Assembly (NCBI RefSeq): GCF_000711695.1
Contig: NW_013547015.1
Coordinates: forward strand, 186,001 to 250,000
Origin: Tilletiaria anomala UBC 951
Lineage: Eukaryota
Direction of reading: 5' to 3'
Length of the DNA stretch: 64,000 nt
The notes beneath the pieces were generated by a model. It was not told the origin of the DNA, did no database searches, and was given only the letters and a program-made list of their open reading frames with translations. Positions 49,701 to 62,074 of this stretch are shown here, one piece after another. A program made the translations under genes and the position numbers. Every line of letters starts with the position of its first letter. The first letter of the stretch is position 1.

Positions 49701-50428
49701 TGTAACATATGTAGAGATAGTCGCAACAACCCGAGCGGGGTGATTGCCTGATCACTGGCAGAGACGCACCTATAAAAAAATAGATTGGTGGGTGAGTGAG
49801 CATGGATGAATGGGGATGGATGACAGGCATGATGGTGGTCATGGAGCGCTTCCAAGCATCGTCACCCCCCTTGCCAGCTAAGGTGTAAAGTAAGGGTGGT
49901 ACAAAGTTATTCCTGTGTATTCCACAAAAGGTACTCATTATGCTAACTTGTGCACTTCGCAGTGAAAAACAGCTGAATCACCCACTTACTCACACCCACA
50001 CTCCACTCACCCACGACCCCCACCCTTTCCTTCTTCCCTTTTTCCCAAGGCGACCTTTGCAACCTTCCTCTCTTCCTTTCTCTCCTCACTCATTTTCGCG
50101 TCCTTATTGTGGGTTATGAGAGTCAACACCTCGCACAACCTCTATCATGCGATGCTAGACGAACATACCTCAGCCTGTTCTTTAAAAACAGATGATGAGG
50201 GGGGGTAGGAGAGGGGCTTGTTCTGCGAACTCGGTGGACCTTCCATCACCATGGCCGCCCGAGTTCCCATGCTTCTCTTCTCTCGGACATCAATCAACGC
50301 TTACTCTTCTTAAGTATATGCGATTACTCTTCTTTAACACGAACGCTGTCGTGTTGAGGGTCAGAACTTGTACCGTGGACTGCAACCGGCTATTGCCACT
50401 TTACACGCCTCGACCCTTAAGTGTTACA
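49701..50428. mobile_element. Possible degenerate solo LTR / transposon remnant
   Basis: TGTAACA...TGTTACA terminal inverted repeats, near-duplicate flanks (cgtaca/gctaca), an internal TATA-like CTATAAAAAAA, and a TG/CA-rich, apparently CpG-poor interior. Confidence 0.3.
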
Positions 50429-51144
50429 GCTACAAACATCTTAGGAGTTACGGCATCTGTCGTTGTGCCATGCCATAGTCAAGACAGCCGACAGTGTGCT
50501 GTGGTTTTCTGCCGATGTTATATACCTGTAGCACGAAAATACATTTTTATACATCTGTCGGCAATCGCACCGAGACATCAGTCCTTCTGTGCGCTACATG
50601 AAAAGGCTCTTTGTCGGTCTTTCGGCATTTTAATGTAAGAGAGTATGCTGCGCTGGTCAGGCGCCATTCGCTGGCAACCCGAATGATCCCTTCATTTGCT
50701 TATGACGTGCCATTTGCTGCAGCGGTGTAGTGGTGGCATTCTCAAGGGCAATTGAAGTTGCGCGTGATGCCATTTGCTTCCATCCGCTATTGCTCTTGTC
50801 AGATGAGCTGCCGTGGTGTAAAGGGAGACTACGTTGCTCATGTTTCCCGCAACTAGATCACGTAATTGAGATCTGCCGACACCAGGTCCAGTTCCGCGGG
50901 ATTGGCCACTCGGGCACGCGTCGAAAGCGCAAGAGTCGAACGCCTACGGGGATGGCAACGAGGGAGACTGACGGATTTGCATTCTCATTGGGGATCAAGC
51001 CTGGAAGGGCGACGAAGGGTGTTAGAGAAAAGTGAGGCGATCAGGTCTTGCCTCCTTCGCTGCTGAGTGAAAGCGATGACGACACAACTCGAATGAGAGC
51101 CTCAAATAAAGCAAACGAGTTGAGACAGACGACACAGATGGCCC

Positions 51145-51917
51145 TTATGACGCGCGGATAGCCAGGCAGGTGACACTGCAGATCATAGTTTCCTGTCGAC
51201 AATGACGCAGAGCTGTATAAGTATTCCTTGTTCTGAAGCGTACGGTTATTCTCTGGGCACGCACATTGGTGAACATCTCCTGCGTGACGGTGTCGCCTTC
51301 TTCCCAGTGGCATGCCATGTCTGCGCGTCCGCCTTGACCCAGATTCTCGAGAAGTTGGATCTGGACAATGTATTTGAAGCCTTTGATAAAAGAGCGTCAC
51401 GAGTCAAAATTCAGCACGATGCCTTTTTCCTTCCGCCAGAACGGTACAACTAGCCTTTTGGTTGAATCTCTGATCGATGGTCGAAGAGAAGGAGATCGCA
51501 GTGCTCCAGGCCGTCAGCACAACTCAAGCGCTCCTTGTCGTGGCGTAAGTCTATTAGCTCACCGAGCATCTTCGCCTTGACAGAGTCTGCGAGCTCTTTC
51601 GTCAATCCGGACGGTCGTGCCTTGTATGCTTGCCCGATGAGGCGCGAGTTGAGCAGCTTGGCAATGTGGGGCTTGAGCTGGTCGGAAGGGAACCTGCATT
51701 GCAAACCAAAGACGGGGTCAGCAGGGGAAGGGCAACACGGAGCAAAGCAAGCTCTTTGTGACCTCAAAGACAAGGAGCGCACCCCAAGGACATGGTGCCG
51801 TGTACACTAGCCTCACTTTTGCGATGCTACGCGCTGCGCTGCCCTGGTTGACTCGGCAACTGAGCTGGACGTGCCATTGATGCTCAAAGGCGCTGATTGG
51901 TTAGCAGGTGTGCTCAT
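51145..51917 (-). CDS. Tctex-1 family dynein light chain
   Basis: Spliced product MSTPANQ...QKFPSDQLKPHIAKLLNSRLIGQAY...LTKELADSVKAKML-EIQPK-GFKYIVQIQLLENLGQGGRADMACHWEEGDTVTQEMFTN-ETMICSVTCLAIRAS. Five or more small exons. Confidence 0.8.
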
Positions 51918-52608
51918 TGTGGTTGTGGAGCCGCACGACCTGCTCCCTCTTATGTCGCGTGCTGGTCCCGGCGATGTTTGGGCTCTTTCCCGGGAACGAG
52001 GTCGGTGCGGACTCGGATTGATTTCGGAGAAAGGAGCCTGCAGCGTCGAGTCGTCGATCGAAACACATTCCAGGATGAAAGCAGAAGTGGTGCCGCGATA
52101 TCGAGCGAGAGAGAGCATAACAAACATTACACTACTCTCTACACGGGTTCACCCTGGCTCTCGAAGCCAACAACGAAGTTGGCGGAAGGGCGGAACGACG
52201 ATCGAGATCGTGCTTGTCATCGTCACCCGGCCGAGTCTTTACCCACCAGCGCGAAACGGCGAATGAGTTGAGATTGTGGTCACAAGACGAAACTGTTGGA
52301 ACCGAGGGCCAGCCAAGGATAGTTAACGGGCTCACCACTGATTTCTACTCATCCTCAATCGATGGCAGATCCATCTTCAAGGACGTGCATGCGTATGCAG
52401 CGAAAGCAACTGTAACTGTCCGCTCAGCCGAAAGTGGTCTGACCGGCGAGCAACCTACGGGCCTGACTTTGCTGCTTCCTGCTGACGAGCCTACACTCGC
52501 TGGTACCGTCCGCGTTCGTTTGCTTGATCGTCCGATCGATCCGCGCAAGACTTGATCGAGCTGCACAAGACTTCCTTTCTCTATTTCTGAAGCAGGAATC
52601 CGCTCATC

Positions 52609-54372
52609 ATGACTTCGGCAGCATCGTCAAGTCCGCAGGCAGGCGCCATAGGTGCCTCGCTGTCCAACATGCTCGACGAGGTTGAGGCCCAATTCACCCT
52701 CAGCAAGGACAAGTTACTCGAACTAACGCACCACTTCTCCGAGCTCTACACATATGGACTGGGAGTAAAGGGCGCCGATATGCCGATGATTCCTTCCTTC
52801 GGTGAGCTGCTCTACACACTGTCAGACCTGCCGATTTCTCAGCAGGTGCTGTTCGCTTACACTTGGCTACCTGTTTAGTCACGGGTCTTCCCGACGGGAA
52901 AGAGAAAGGCACATTCCTGGCCATGGACCTCGGCGGCACCAATCTACGTGTTTGCGAAGTAAAGCTAAAAGGTGACCATACATTCGAGATTCGGCAGCAA
53001 AAGTACCGGGTCTCTGATGCGCTCAAGAAGGGACCTGTTGCGGATCTGTTCGAATACATGGCCGAGAGCGTGGAACGCTTCTTGAATGAATTTGGAACCG
53101 AAACGGACGCTGGCGAAGATGAATTGCTGATGGGATTCACATTCAGTTTTGTGAGTGATTGAGAGAACTACTCATTTGATGGTAAAACGGAAGAAGCGAA
53201 CGACTAATCGATATCCTTCCTCGTTGTTCAGCCGGTCGAACAAACTACGATCGACCGAGGTGCACTCCTCTTCTGGACAAAAGGATTCAACTGCCCAGAC
53301 GCGCCAGGCAAGGACGTGGTGCAGCTCCTTCAAAATGCACTCGACAAGAAGCACATCAAAGTGCGGGTTAACGCACTAGTCAATGATACCGTGGGCACCC
53401 TGCTCACCCGCAGCTACCAGACTGGAGGTGCGATCCTGGGCGCCATCTTTGGGACAGGTACCAATGGCGCGTACTTGGAGAGCATCGAGCGGATCAAAAA
53501 GATCAAGGTCTCATCGCAAGGCCAGGCAGGGCCGACGCACATGGTTATTAACACCGAGTGGGGCAGCTTTGACAACGCGGTGAGCAAGACAGACTGCTTC
53601 AGTACGGTGGGCCAGCTTTCGCGGCAAGCTGACTTTGACATTTCTTTTTTTGATATCAGAGGACAGTTTTGCCTACAACTCAGTTTGACAACTTTGTCGA
53701 CCGGACAGCTCTGAGGCAACGACATCATCTTTTCGAGAAGATGATCAGTGGGATGTGTGAGTCTGGTCTAGCGCCTGCCTCGAAACATCATCATTGATGA
53801 AACATTGGCCCGTAGACCTCGGGGAGGTCGCGCGGGCAGTCATTATCTATTTGATCGACAATCTGGTGCTTTTCTCCGGCTTCTCATCGGCGACCTTGAA
53901 TACACAATACGGCCTGGACACCGCTTACATGTCCATGATCGAAGCGGACATCGACAATGGCAACCCGACGAGCGGCTCGAACGGCACGCGCGAGGTTCTG
54001 ACACAGAAGCTGGGCCTGCGAGCCGAGCATGTCTCGGATGTGGATGTCGAGACGGTCCGGCGCATCGTCCGCTTCGTCGGGACGCGCGCGGCCAGGCTCA
54101 GCGCCACCGCCGTAGCTGGCACGCTGATCCACACGGGCAACATCCAGGACGATGGTACGGGTAAGCAAGTCAATGTCGGCGTCGACGGCTCCCTCGCAGA
54201 GCTCTACCCGCATTTCGAGGAGCGCATGCGTATCGCGCTGAGGGACATCGTCGGGGAAGACGCAGAGAAGCGCGTCAAGTTCGGTCTAGCAAAAGATGGG
54301 AGTGGCGTCGGTGCGGCTTTGGGCGCGGCAGCAGCAAAGAAACAACGCACAGCTGGCCACAGAGTAGAGTGA
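52609..54372 (+). CDS. Hexokinase/glucokinase
   Basis: MPMIPSF, FLAMDLGGTNLRV, GFTFSFP...WTKGF, VNDTVGTL, IFGTGTNGAY, INTEWGSFD, FEKMISGMYLGE, VDGS and DGSGVGAA. Four introns. Confidence 0.96.
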
Positions 54373-54661
54373 GTCAAATTCGGATCTCAGCGGTTTTCGA
54401 TGTGCAGCATGTTGATCTTTGCTTTCCTTGCTCGTGTTGCAGAGCAAACTGAGCCAAAGAGTGCTCTTGCATCTGGTCTTGCTGATATGCAGCTCGTATC
54501 ACTTTGTATCATTTGCGACATAACCTGCTCCAATTGCAAAAAGCAAGCATCCGAGCAGCCAACAATGAAAAATGAGAACCATGACCGTCTTCGCATGCTC
54601 CTGCTCTATAAGGCAATATCACCCTATCGTTGCTCCCCCCAACTTCTCCCGCAGCTCCGTT

Positions 54662-56111
54662 TCAGTTTTTTTTCAGGCTGGCCTCATCGCTCGGGCGCGG
54701 CTTGTCGTCCATGTCATAGAACTCGTCCTCCCCGTCCTCATCCTCACCATCCGAAATGAGCTCGTGCTTCTGCTTCTTCTTGCTCGCGTGTGTGTCTCCT
54801 CCCCCTCCTCCTGACGCAGCTGCATTCTGCTGTCCCGCAAGCACTGCGATCGTCCTGAAGCGCGCTCCAGCACGCACAGCATTGATCGCCGTCTTCCACC
54901 TCCGTCGGTAATTCTCGCGCAGGCCGGCACTGATGTCGTGCTCAGGCGCTACACCGGCTGGGTCTGTCAGCCAGGGATGCCTCATCGCCTCATCTGCCGT
55001 AAGCCTTTTGGCTGCATCAACCGTCAGGCACGCCTTGACAAAGTCCTTCGCCTCATTGCTGACTTTCTTCCAATAGCGGTCGTCTGATGATGACACAAGC
55101 CACAGCAGTTGGGTCAGAGTGCCGCTCGTAATTGCACGCGCGAATGGACGACTTCGAAACTCACGGAATTCAATCTTACCCCGCTGTGTCTCTTCCGACA
55201 ACTTGCTCGGGTCGTCCGACCGGAATGGTGTATACCCGCAGAGGAGCTGAAGAGGAGCCAAGGACGTGTCAGCCCGTCACTATGGCCAAGGAGATTGGAC
55301 TGGTATCCACGCACGGTGTAACAAATTACTCCTATGCCCCACATATCCACCGCCTTGCCGTGCCCCTTCTTTGCCAGAACTTCAGGCGCAGCGTATCCCA
55401 AGCTGCCTGCTACGCTGGTGAGCACCTCATCTTCATTTTTTAGATGCTTTGCGATGCCAAAATCGACGAGGACAACATTGGCATCCTCGGCCTTGGAGCG
55501 ATAAAGGATATTCTCCGGTTTTACATCGCGATGTACGATGTTGTAGTGATGTAGATATTGAATAGCGCTTGTTACTGCTTTGATCACCCGCGCTGCGTCT
55601 ACTTCGGTGAATCTGCCGCGTTGCAGTATGCGCTCGAACAGCTCGCCGCCGGTTGCTTCCTCAAATACGAGGTAGAACTGCGGGCATAAAGAGGCAAAAC
55701 AGAGTCAGCAAGCAGGTTCAGCGCGCTGTTCCATGCAGCTCCTGGCCAGACCTTATCTTTCGATTCGAACCAGTCCAGAAACTTCACAATATGAGGCTGA
55801 TCCAAACCTTTCAGCACCTCCATCTCGCCTTCCACGAGCTCCGTGTGACCTTTGAGGTTCTTTTTCGCAATGACCTTGATGGCAACATCGATGGGAGGAT
55901 CTGCTGCTTTCCATGTTGCTGATCTGACGATGCCAAAAGTGCCTTCTCCGATGGTCTTGTTGAATGTGTACTCTTTCTTCTTACCTGCAGGGAGACAAAG
56001 GCGGCTTTAGCATTTAGCGACATCTGCAGCCGCATACTGCGCTCATTGCCAACAAGCTTGCTCACTATACGACTCTGGCTGCCGCGCGAGTGGGTTGCTG
56101 AGGGTGACCAT
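54662..56111 (-). CDS. Ca2+/calmodulin-dependent protein kinase (Cmk1-like)
   Basis: QPESY..KKEY, IGEGTFG, VAIKVI, HRDVKPEN, DFG, GSLGYAAPE, LLCGYTPF and a CaM-binding-like RRRWKTAINAVRA. Multi-exon. Confidence 0.93.
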
Positions 56112-56748
56112 TATGGCAATATATTTCTCTACTGGTCCCGAGAATGTGCTTGCGGATTTTGTCCGAGGTTGGATTGCACAGGACGACGACAGTGCACTCG
56201 GTAAGGCGGCAGAGTTCTTTGCTCGTCTCAAGCCAGGCCGCAGCGATGGAAAGCGCGCCGAGAAATTGGAAAGCCCGCTCTTCTCAATGGCAGTGCAAAC
56301 CTGTTGAACCTGTCGCGATCTGGGCTGGTCAAGCATGTATCTCCCTTGGCCTTGATCGACCCAATCGCACCTCACCGATTGGCGTTTGATGGCGATCATC
56401 ATCATGCAGATGGGCCGCAAAGCGGTTAGGTTGCCTGGTAGGGCGGATCGGAGTGCGGGGTGGGTGTGCCAGCTGCCATTTCGGCGGCCCGCTACACTGG
56501 TGCAGTGCCGCGTAGTACGTCTGTGGCGCAGCGCTTCGGCCTGGCTTGGGTGAGAGCTTCGTCTCTTGCAACTGATGAATATGGCAGCGGTAAACGTGAA
56601 ATCCTGGGAGGAGGTTTTTGACTACGCTACAGCATGATGCCACAAATATTGTACGATTGACAAGGCTAATGTTGGTGCTCTAGACCTGGCAGACTTAATC
56701 GTTTCAGCCCATTCTGCTGTACCGCGCGGATGCGAACTGACAACCAAG

Positions 56749-58513
56749 ATGGCGGCTGTGGCGGTCGCAAATGGATCCGCCGTCAACGCTGTTGCCGGGC
56801 CAAGCTGGGCTACAAGGGAAGCTCATATTGATAAGGTCATCTCGCGGCCCGGGCGTGAGTGATTGCCTCAGACAGAATCGAAAGCGTTGGAAGGCGGCCT
56901 TATTTTCTGACAGGATACGTGTCTGTCTGTAGCGTGGACAGACGAGAGCTTCGAGCCAGCCGAGTGAGCCATCTGACCAGGCTGATCCAGTATTCCACGC
57001 CGCCCCGTCCTGTCAGCAACCTTTAATGACCAACGGCCACCGAATGCTTCACAGAGTCAAGACCTCTCTTCGATCAAAGTGCAAGACTCTCGTTATCGGG
57101 GCCGGGGGCCTGGGATGCGAGATCCTCGCGAATCTGGCGTTGACAGGTTTCAAGGAGATCCATGTTATAGACATGGACGAGATCGATGTCAGCAATCTCA
57201 ACCGGCAATTCCTCTTCAGGTGGGCACAGATGCCCCATTCAGCTGAAGTGAGGGAAACACTGATACACCCGCTGCACGCAGGGAGAAAGACGTCGGGAGA
57301 CCAAAAGCAGTGGTCGCAGCAGAATACGTGGAACGCAGAGTGCCTGGAGTCAAGATCGTTCCGTGAGTCTGCCTGAAATGTACTCATTTCGAGTTGAAAG
57401 CATCTAACACCTACATTGATCGCTGCATGGATAAAGCTACCACGGGAAGATCCAAGATAAAGATGACGCGTACTATATGCAATTCAACATCATCATATGC
57501 GGGCTCGACTCGGTGGAAGCGCGGCGCTGGATAAACGCAACTGTGGTTAACATGGCGCAGGTTGATCCAGCGAACCAGGACGCATACAAAGCTCTCATTG
57601 ACGGTGGCACAGAGGGATTTAAGGGCCAAGCAAGAGTAATCTTGCCCACCATCACTAGCTGCTACGAATGCTCACTCGATTTGCTAAATCGTCAGACTAC
57701 ATATCCCATCTGCACCATTGCCAATACGCCGAGACTACCGGAGCACTGTATCGAATGGGCCAGTGTGCTGGAATGGCCCAGAGTACATGGAGGTGAGTGT
57801 GAACATTGCAAATGAGTGGATGGCCTCACCACTGATACCTTGGGGTAATGGACTCAAAGACAAAAATATCGACAACGACAACCCAGATCACATCCAGTGG
57901 CTCTTAGAGCAAGCTTCCGCGCGCGCAGAAAGATTCAACATTACCGGGGTGACGTGGTCGCTAACGCAAGGCGTCGTCAAGAACATTATCCCAGCCATCG
58001 CATCTACGAATGCAATCGTCGCCGCAGCGTGTACCCAGGAGGCGTTCAAGTTTGCAACAACCGCCGCGCCTTTTCTTAACAACTACATGATGTACAGCGG
58101 CAATGAAGGCGTGTACACGTACACGTATGCGTACGAGAAACGCAAGGACTGCCCCGTGTGCGGAGGAGAGAGCAGAGAGCTCGAGATTCAGAAGGATTGG
58201 CCCATCGAGCGGCTCATCGAGATGCTCATAGAGACGAAAGACTTGTTAGTATTTTCTTAACGTGGAATTCGCTTCTCCTTGACTCCGGCTGAGAAATTTC
58301 CTCCATGGTCTTGCGCGAAGGCAAATCAAGAAGCCGTCTCTCTCTGGCGAAAAGGGTCCGATCTATTTCCAGGCTCCCCCACAGCTTGAAGAGCAGACGC
58401 GGCCAAACCTCACCAAGACAATTGGGGAAATGTTTGAAGATGGCGACGGAATCACCGTCACGGACGCCAGCCTTCCATTTCAGCTAGGCATTGTTCTCAA
58501 GTTTGTCGCATGA
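56749..58513 (+). CDS. UBA3: NEDD8-activating enzyme E1 catalytic subunit
   Basis: [57 protein letters not shown], active site [31 protein letters not shown] and CPVC. About 6 introns. Confidence 0.95.
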
Positions 58514-58676
58514 TGCTTCCACCTCTATTCACAGCAACTCGCAGCCTCTACCAGGGCCTGCAATGCATTGCGTCAAGATGCTGACGCGGATTATGAAATG
58601 CAGGATCACCCGTCTAGATGTACGCTACAGAAGACATGCAACAACTATGCAGTATACAAAAGAAATACGGTTCAGT

Positions 58677-61517
58677 CTATGCCATCCCTCGTCCACCGCT
58701 CGTGAGGACCAGCTTCTTCTTGCTCTTGGCGCGAGGGGCTGCAGTGGCTCGGGGTCTCCCTGAGGATGATTCAGGCTGCCCTTCTCTTCCGTCGTCTGGC
58801 CCAGCTCGTGGCGTGGATGCGCTGCTTGCTTCCGGACTACCCCCTGACCTGCTCGGCGGCGTGTGGCTACTCCCAGCTCCCACCCGCGGTGTAGCTGTGC
58901 CGGACCGCGGTTGCTTATTGAGACCGCGCCCTTCTTTCACAGTTCCGGTGTTGCGCCGCCCGCCGGATGTGGCTCCAAGCAAAAAGTCTTCCTCCAGTTC
59001 AAGCCATGCATCGTCCACGTCGCGCTCCCACATCTCGTCCGCGTCGCCGCGGTGTCCGCGCTGCAGTGCCACGCTGAACGCAGTTCGGGATTGAGCTCGG
59101 GTTCCCCATACCGTTGTCGCAGTTGGACCTGCTTGATTAGTGATGCCAGCTGCTTCATCTGCATCGTGGGCTTGCCGCGGCACTGCGGGGAAGTCTTCTG
59201 TCGGACCGCCGGGATGCACCGGAAATTCTCGTTCTGCTCCCACCAGAGCAGCTTCTCGGAACGACGGCGAGGACAACGAGCTGTTCTCAGACCCCCCACC
59301 TCTTCCGCTTCCAAAGCTTGTTGAAAGTCTAGCCGAGCCATTGACCGCGCCGTAGCTGCTCGCCAAGTCGGCGCTAGGCCAGTTATGCGTGAGCTCCTTG
59401 TACTCTTGCGCTGGACCCATCCGATTGCGCGCGGATGTCTCTGCTGCTTCCTGCTCGTCCGCTTTCAGCTTGGCGCGGTCTTCCTTACGCCCTCTATCCC
59501 GTCGGCGGCTCTTTCGTTGCCGCAGGGCTTGCATATATGGGTTGAGCACTTCCGGGCTCAGCTTCAACGCCTTTCCGTCCTGCCCTTCGCCATTCGTCGC
59601 CCACCAGTCGACCTCGATGAAGACGACATCCGCTGCAGTGGGGATGTGTGTCAGATACTTGCAGCGCCGTCGCAGATCCTCATTCATACTGCCTTCGTCG
59701 GCACCAGACACCTTGACGTGGATGGTGTGTGGAAAGGCAGAGTACGAGCCGTATTTGCTGTGAAGCACCTTGATGTCGAGCGGATGCAGAAAAATGTTCT
59801 GACCGGACGCGGCCTGGTAGTAGAAGTAGGAGGAGGGGGATGGTGAGGGTGGGTTGACATTGCGACGTGTCCGACTAGTGTCCTTGCGTAGCTGTTGTTG
59901 TGGTTGCTGCTGATTTTCTAACGATGGATTTGGAATTTGACCTCCTTGCGACTGCGGCCGAATGGCCAAGAAGACTGTTAGGTTTTCATCTATCTGTATT
60001 GGACTGCTCTTGACCATCTGTCGACTTGGTGCACCCTGCGCGTCGTCCTCGATCACGCTTGGTGCTTCGACAAGAGTTGTTGTTGGCGCAGAATTTCCAT
60101 GCTCGCCCTCATCCACCTCCTGCCAGCCTTCAAACTGCCGCTTCTTTCGCTCAATAGTGCTCCGCACACCTTGCGTATCACATTCCACTTTGACCTTCTC
60201 AATCTGCTCCATGACCTTGCGTTTGGCGACCTGAACGAACTGCAAGCTCAGCTCATCTCTTTCACCCAGCATATTCTCCAGGGAAACCTTCTCCACCTCC
60301 AGCTGACTGAGGTCCTCGTTGAGTGCGTCTTCAATGAGGGCCGGCGATGCAAGCATAAATTTTGCAAAGGGGAGCACATCCGGCTGAAAGTGCCAAGGGG
60401 CGGCGTGCGGAGGCATGAAATCGTCCTCGGAGTTGCCCGGCCAGAAAGACGATTGGGGTAGAGCAAGCGTCGTAATTTGGGGTCGTTCGATCAGCCGCAT
60501 TGGCAGGTGATTGTGGAGATTCAGCTCCTGCAATATCTCAAAAGATGCATGGGCGTCGCTAGGCTCTGCGTTCTCCGGTAAGACTTTTGGAGTCCATCGT
60601 CTCGCTTCCTGTTGCGGGTCCCACCACTTGACCGCCTTCAAGTCTTTGGCGTAGACGGCATCCCAACATATCGGGCAGCGTCTCCAGCTTTTGGCGCTCA
60701 GGGCCGAGGCGGTATGCATCAGTTCACACGCTGGCGTGCTGCTCCCGGGTGGTGTGGCCAGTGCGCCGACTCGACGAGGTGGCGCTCCGGGTCGATTGTA
60801 TGAACCATTACTGGACTCGAGGTGCGATGACCGCGAAAAGTTGACAGTTCCTGTGTCTTCACCAAGCGCGAGATAGTGCAGCATACATGGGTAGCAGTAC
60901 ACATGGCCGCATTTCGTCATGCGCGGCGCTGTGGGCGGAGACAAGCAAATGGGGCAAGTAGCACCCTCGTGCTCGAAGGTATGGACGCTTGTTGTTGCTG
61001 CTGCATTTGACGATGAAGACACAGCAGAGAGCGCGGTAGATGTAGGAATCAGCACCTGTAGGATGTCTGACCAATTCAAATAGATATCAGGGTCGGCAAA
61101 ATGGGCAGTGTAGTCGCCGGTGGGCTTCACGAGGAAGCGGTACTGAGCATTAATATATCCTGTCCGGAATGAAAGACAACTGTCAGCAAAAACCTGAGCT
61201 TGTATTGTGCATCTCAGACTCACGTTCTTTGTTGAATGGCACGTAATTAGCAGCTCTGCGGCCACGCCTCGCTGACTGAGGAGCCGGTGGTCGCGCTCGG
61301 GGTGGCAGCGTGAACGACAGCAGCTGTGCGTCGCAGAACAAAGCAGCGTTCAGATTCTTACGCTTTTTGATCCAGGGCGAGGAATACTTACGTGGTTCAG
61401 CGTCTGACCTCCTCTCGCACTTCGAGATTGCGCATTGGATACCTGGACGTCCTTTGCATTCATGCTTGCGAGGTTGCTGATGTGGTGGGCGGGGCGTGGG
61501 CGAGGCTGCTGGGACAT
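58677..61517 (-). CDS. MAG2: RING E3 ligase Mag2/RNF10
   Basis: LLSFTLPPR, YINAQYRFLVKPTGDY...DPD, RING CPICLSPPTAPRMTKCGHVYCYPC...CPIC, YFYYQAASGQNIFLHPLDIK, LRRRCKYLTH and C-terminal KKKLVLTSGG. Confidence 0.9.
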
Positions 61518-62074
61518 GGTCACAACCAATGCACCGAAATCGTGCTGCTAGCGCAGCTTTCAGAGCCTAGCAAACAACCTTGCTCAACTATCTCGTCGCT
61601 TCAAAGACAGAAAAGTTTCGCGACACGTGGTGAACGCACGCTTTGGTAGGAGATCTACCGCGTCGAGAGGAAGTGGCGCGTCACGGATTGACGAGAGATG
61701 TGATCGAGTTTGGAGCGTATTCTTATGGCCAAGTGGCCGTAAAGGTCGTGGATTTAGACCAAAGATGGGTCCAGTGGCCCTCTATATGAGGCCTCCCCTT
61801 TCGGTGTGAGAGGTGCACACCGCCGTGGCTGAGCTGACCAGCTGTCAGCTGCTCTAACCCTCGAGGTGAATTGGTCGGGGTGACTGAGGCGAAGCAATGG
61901 GATTGGAGCAGTGACGCTGGCCGGCACCGATGCTCACCGCTTCTCCCGGTGAAACTGTTACAGCGGAAAGACAGCGACCATCAGACTTGCACACACTCTC
62001 ACTGGTGGGTAGCACTTCATGATGACGAGATGACTCGAGTCTAGCTCGGTACAGCATACAAGCTTCTGACTGGG

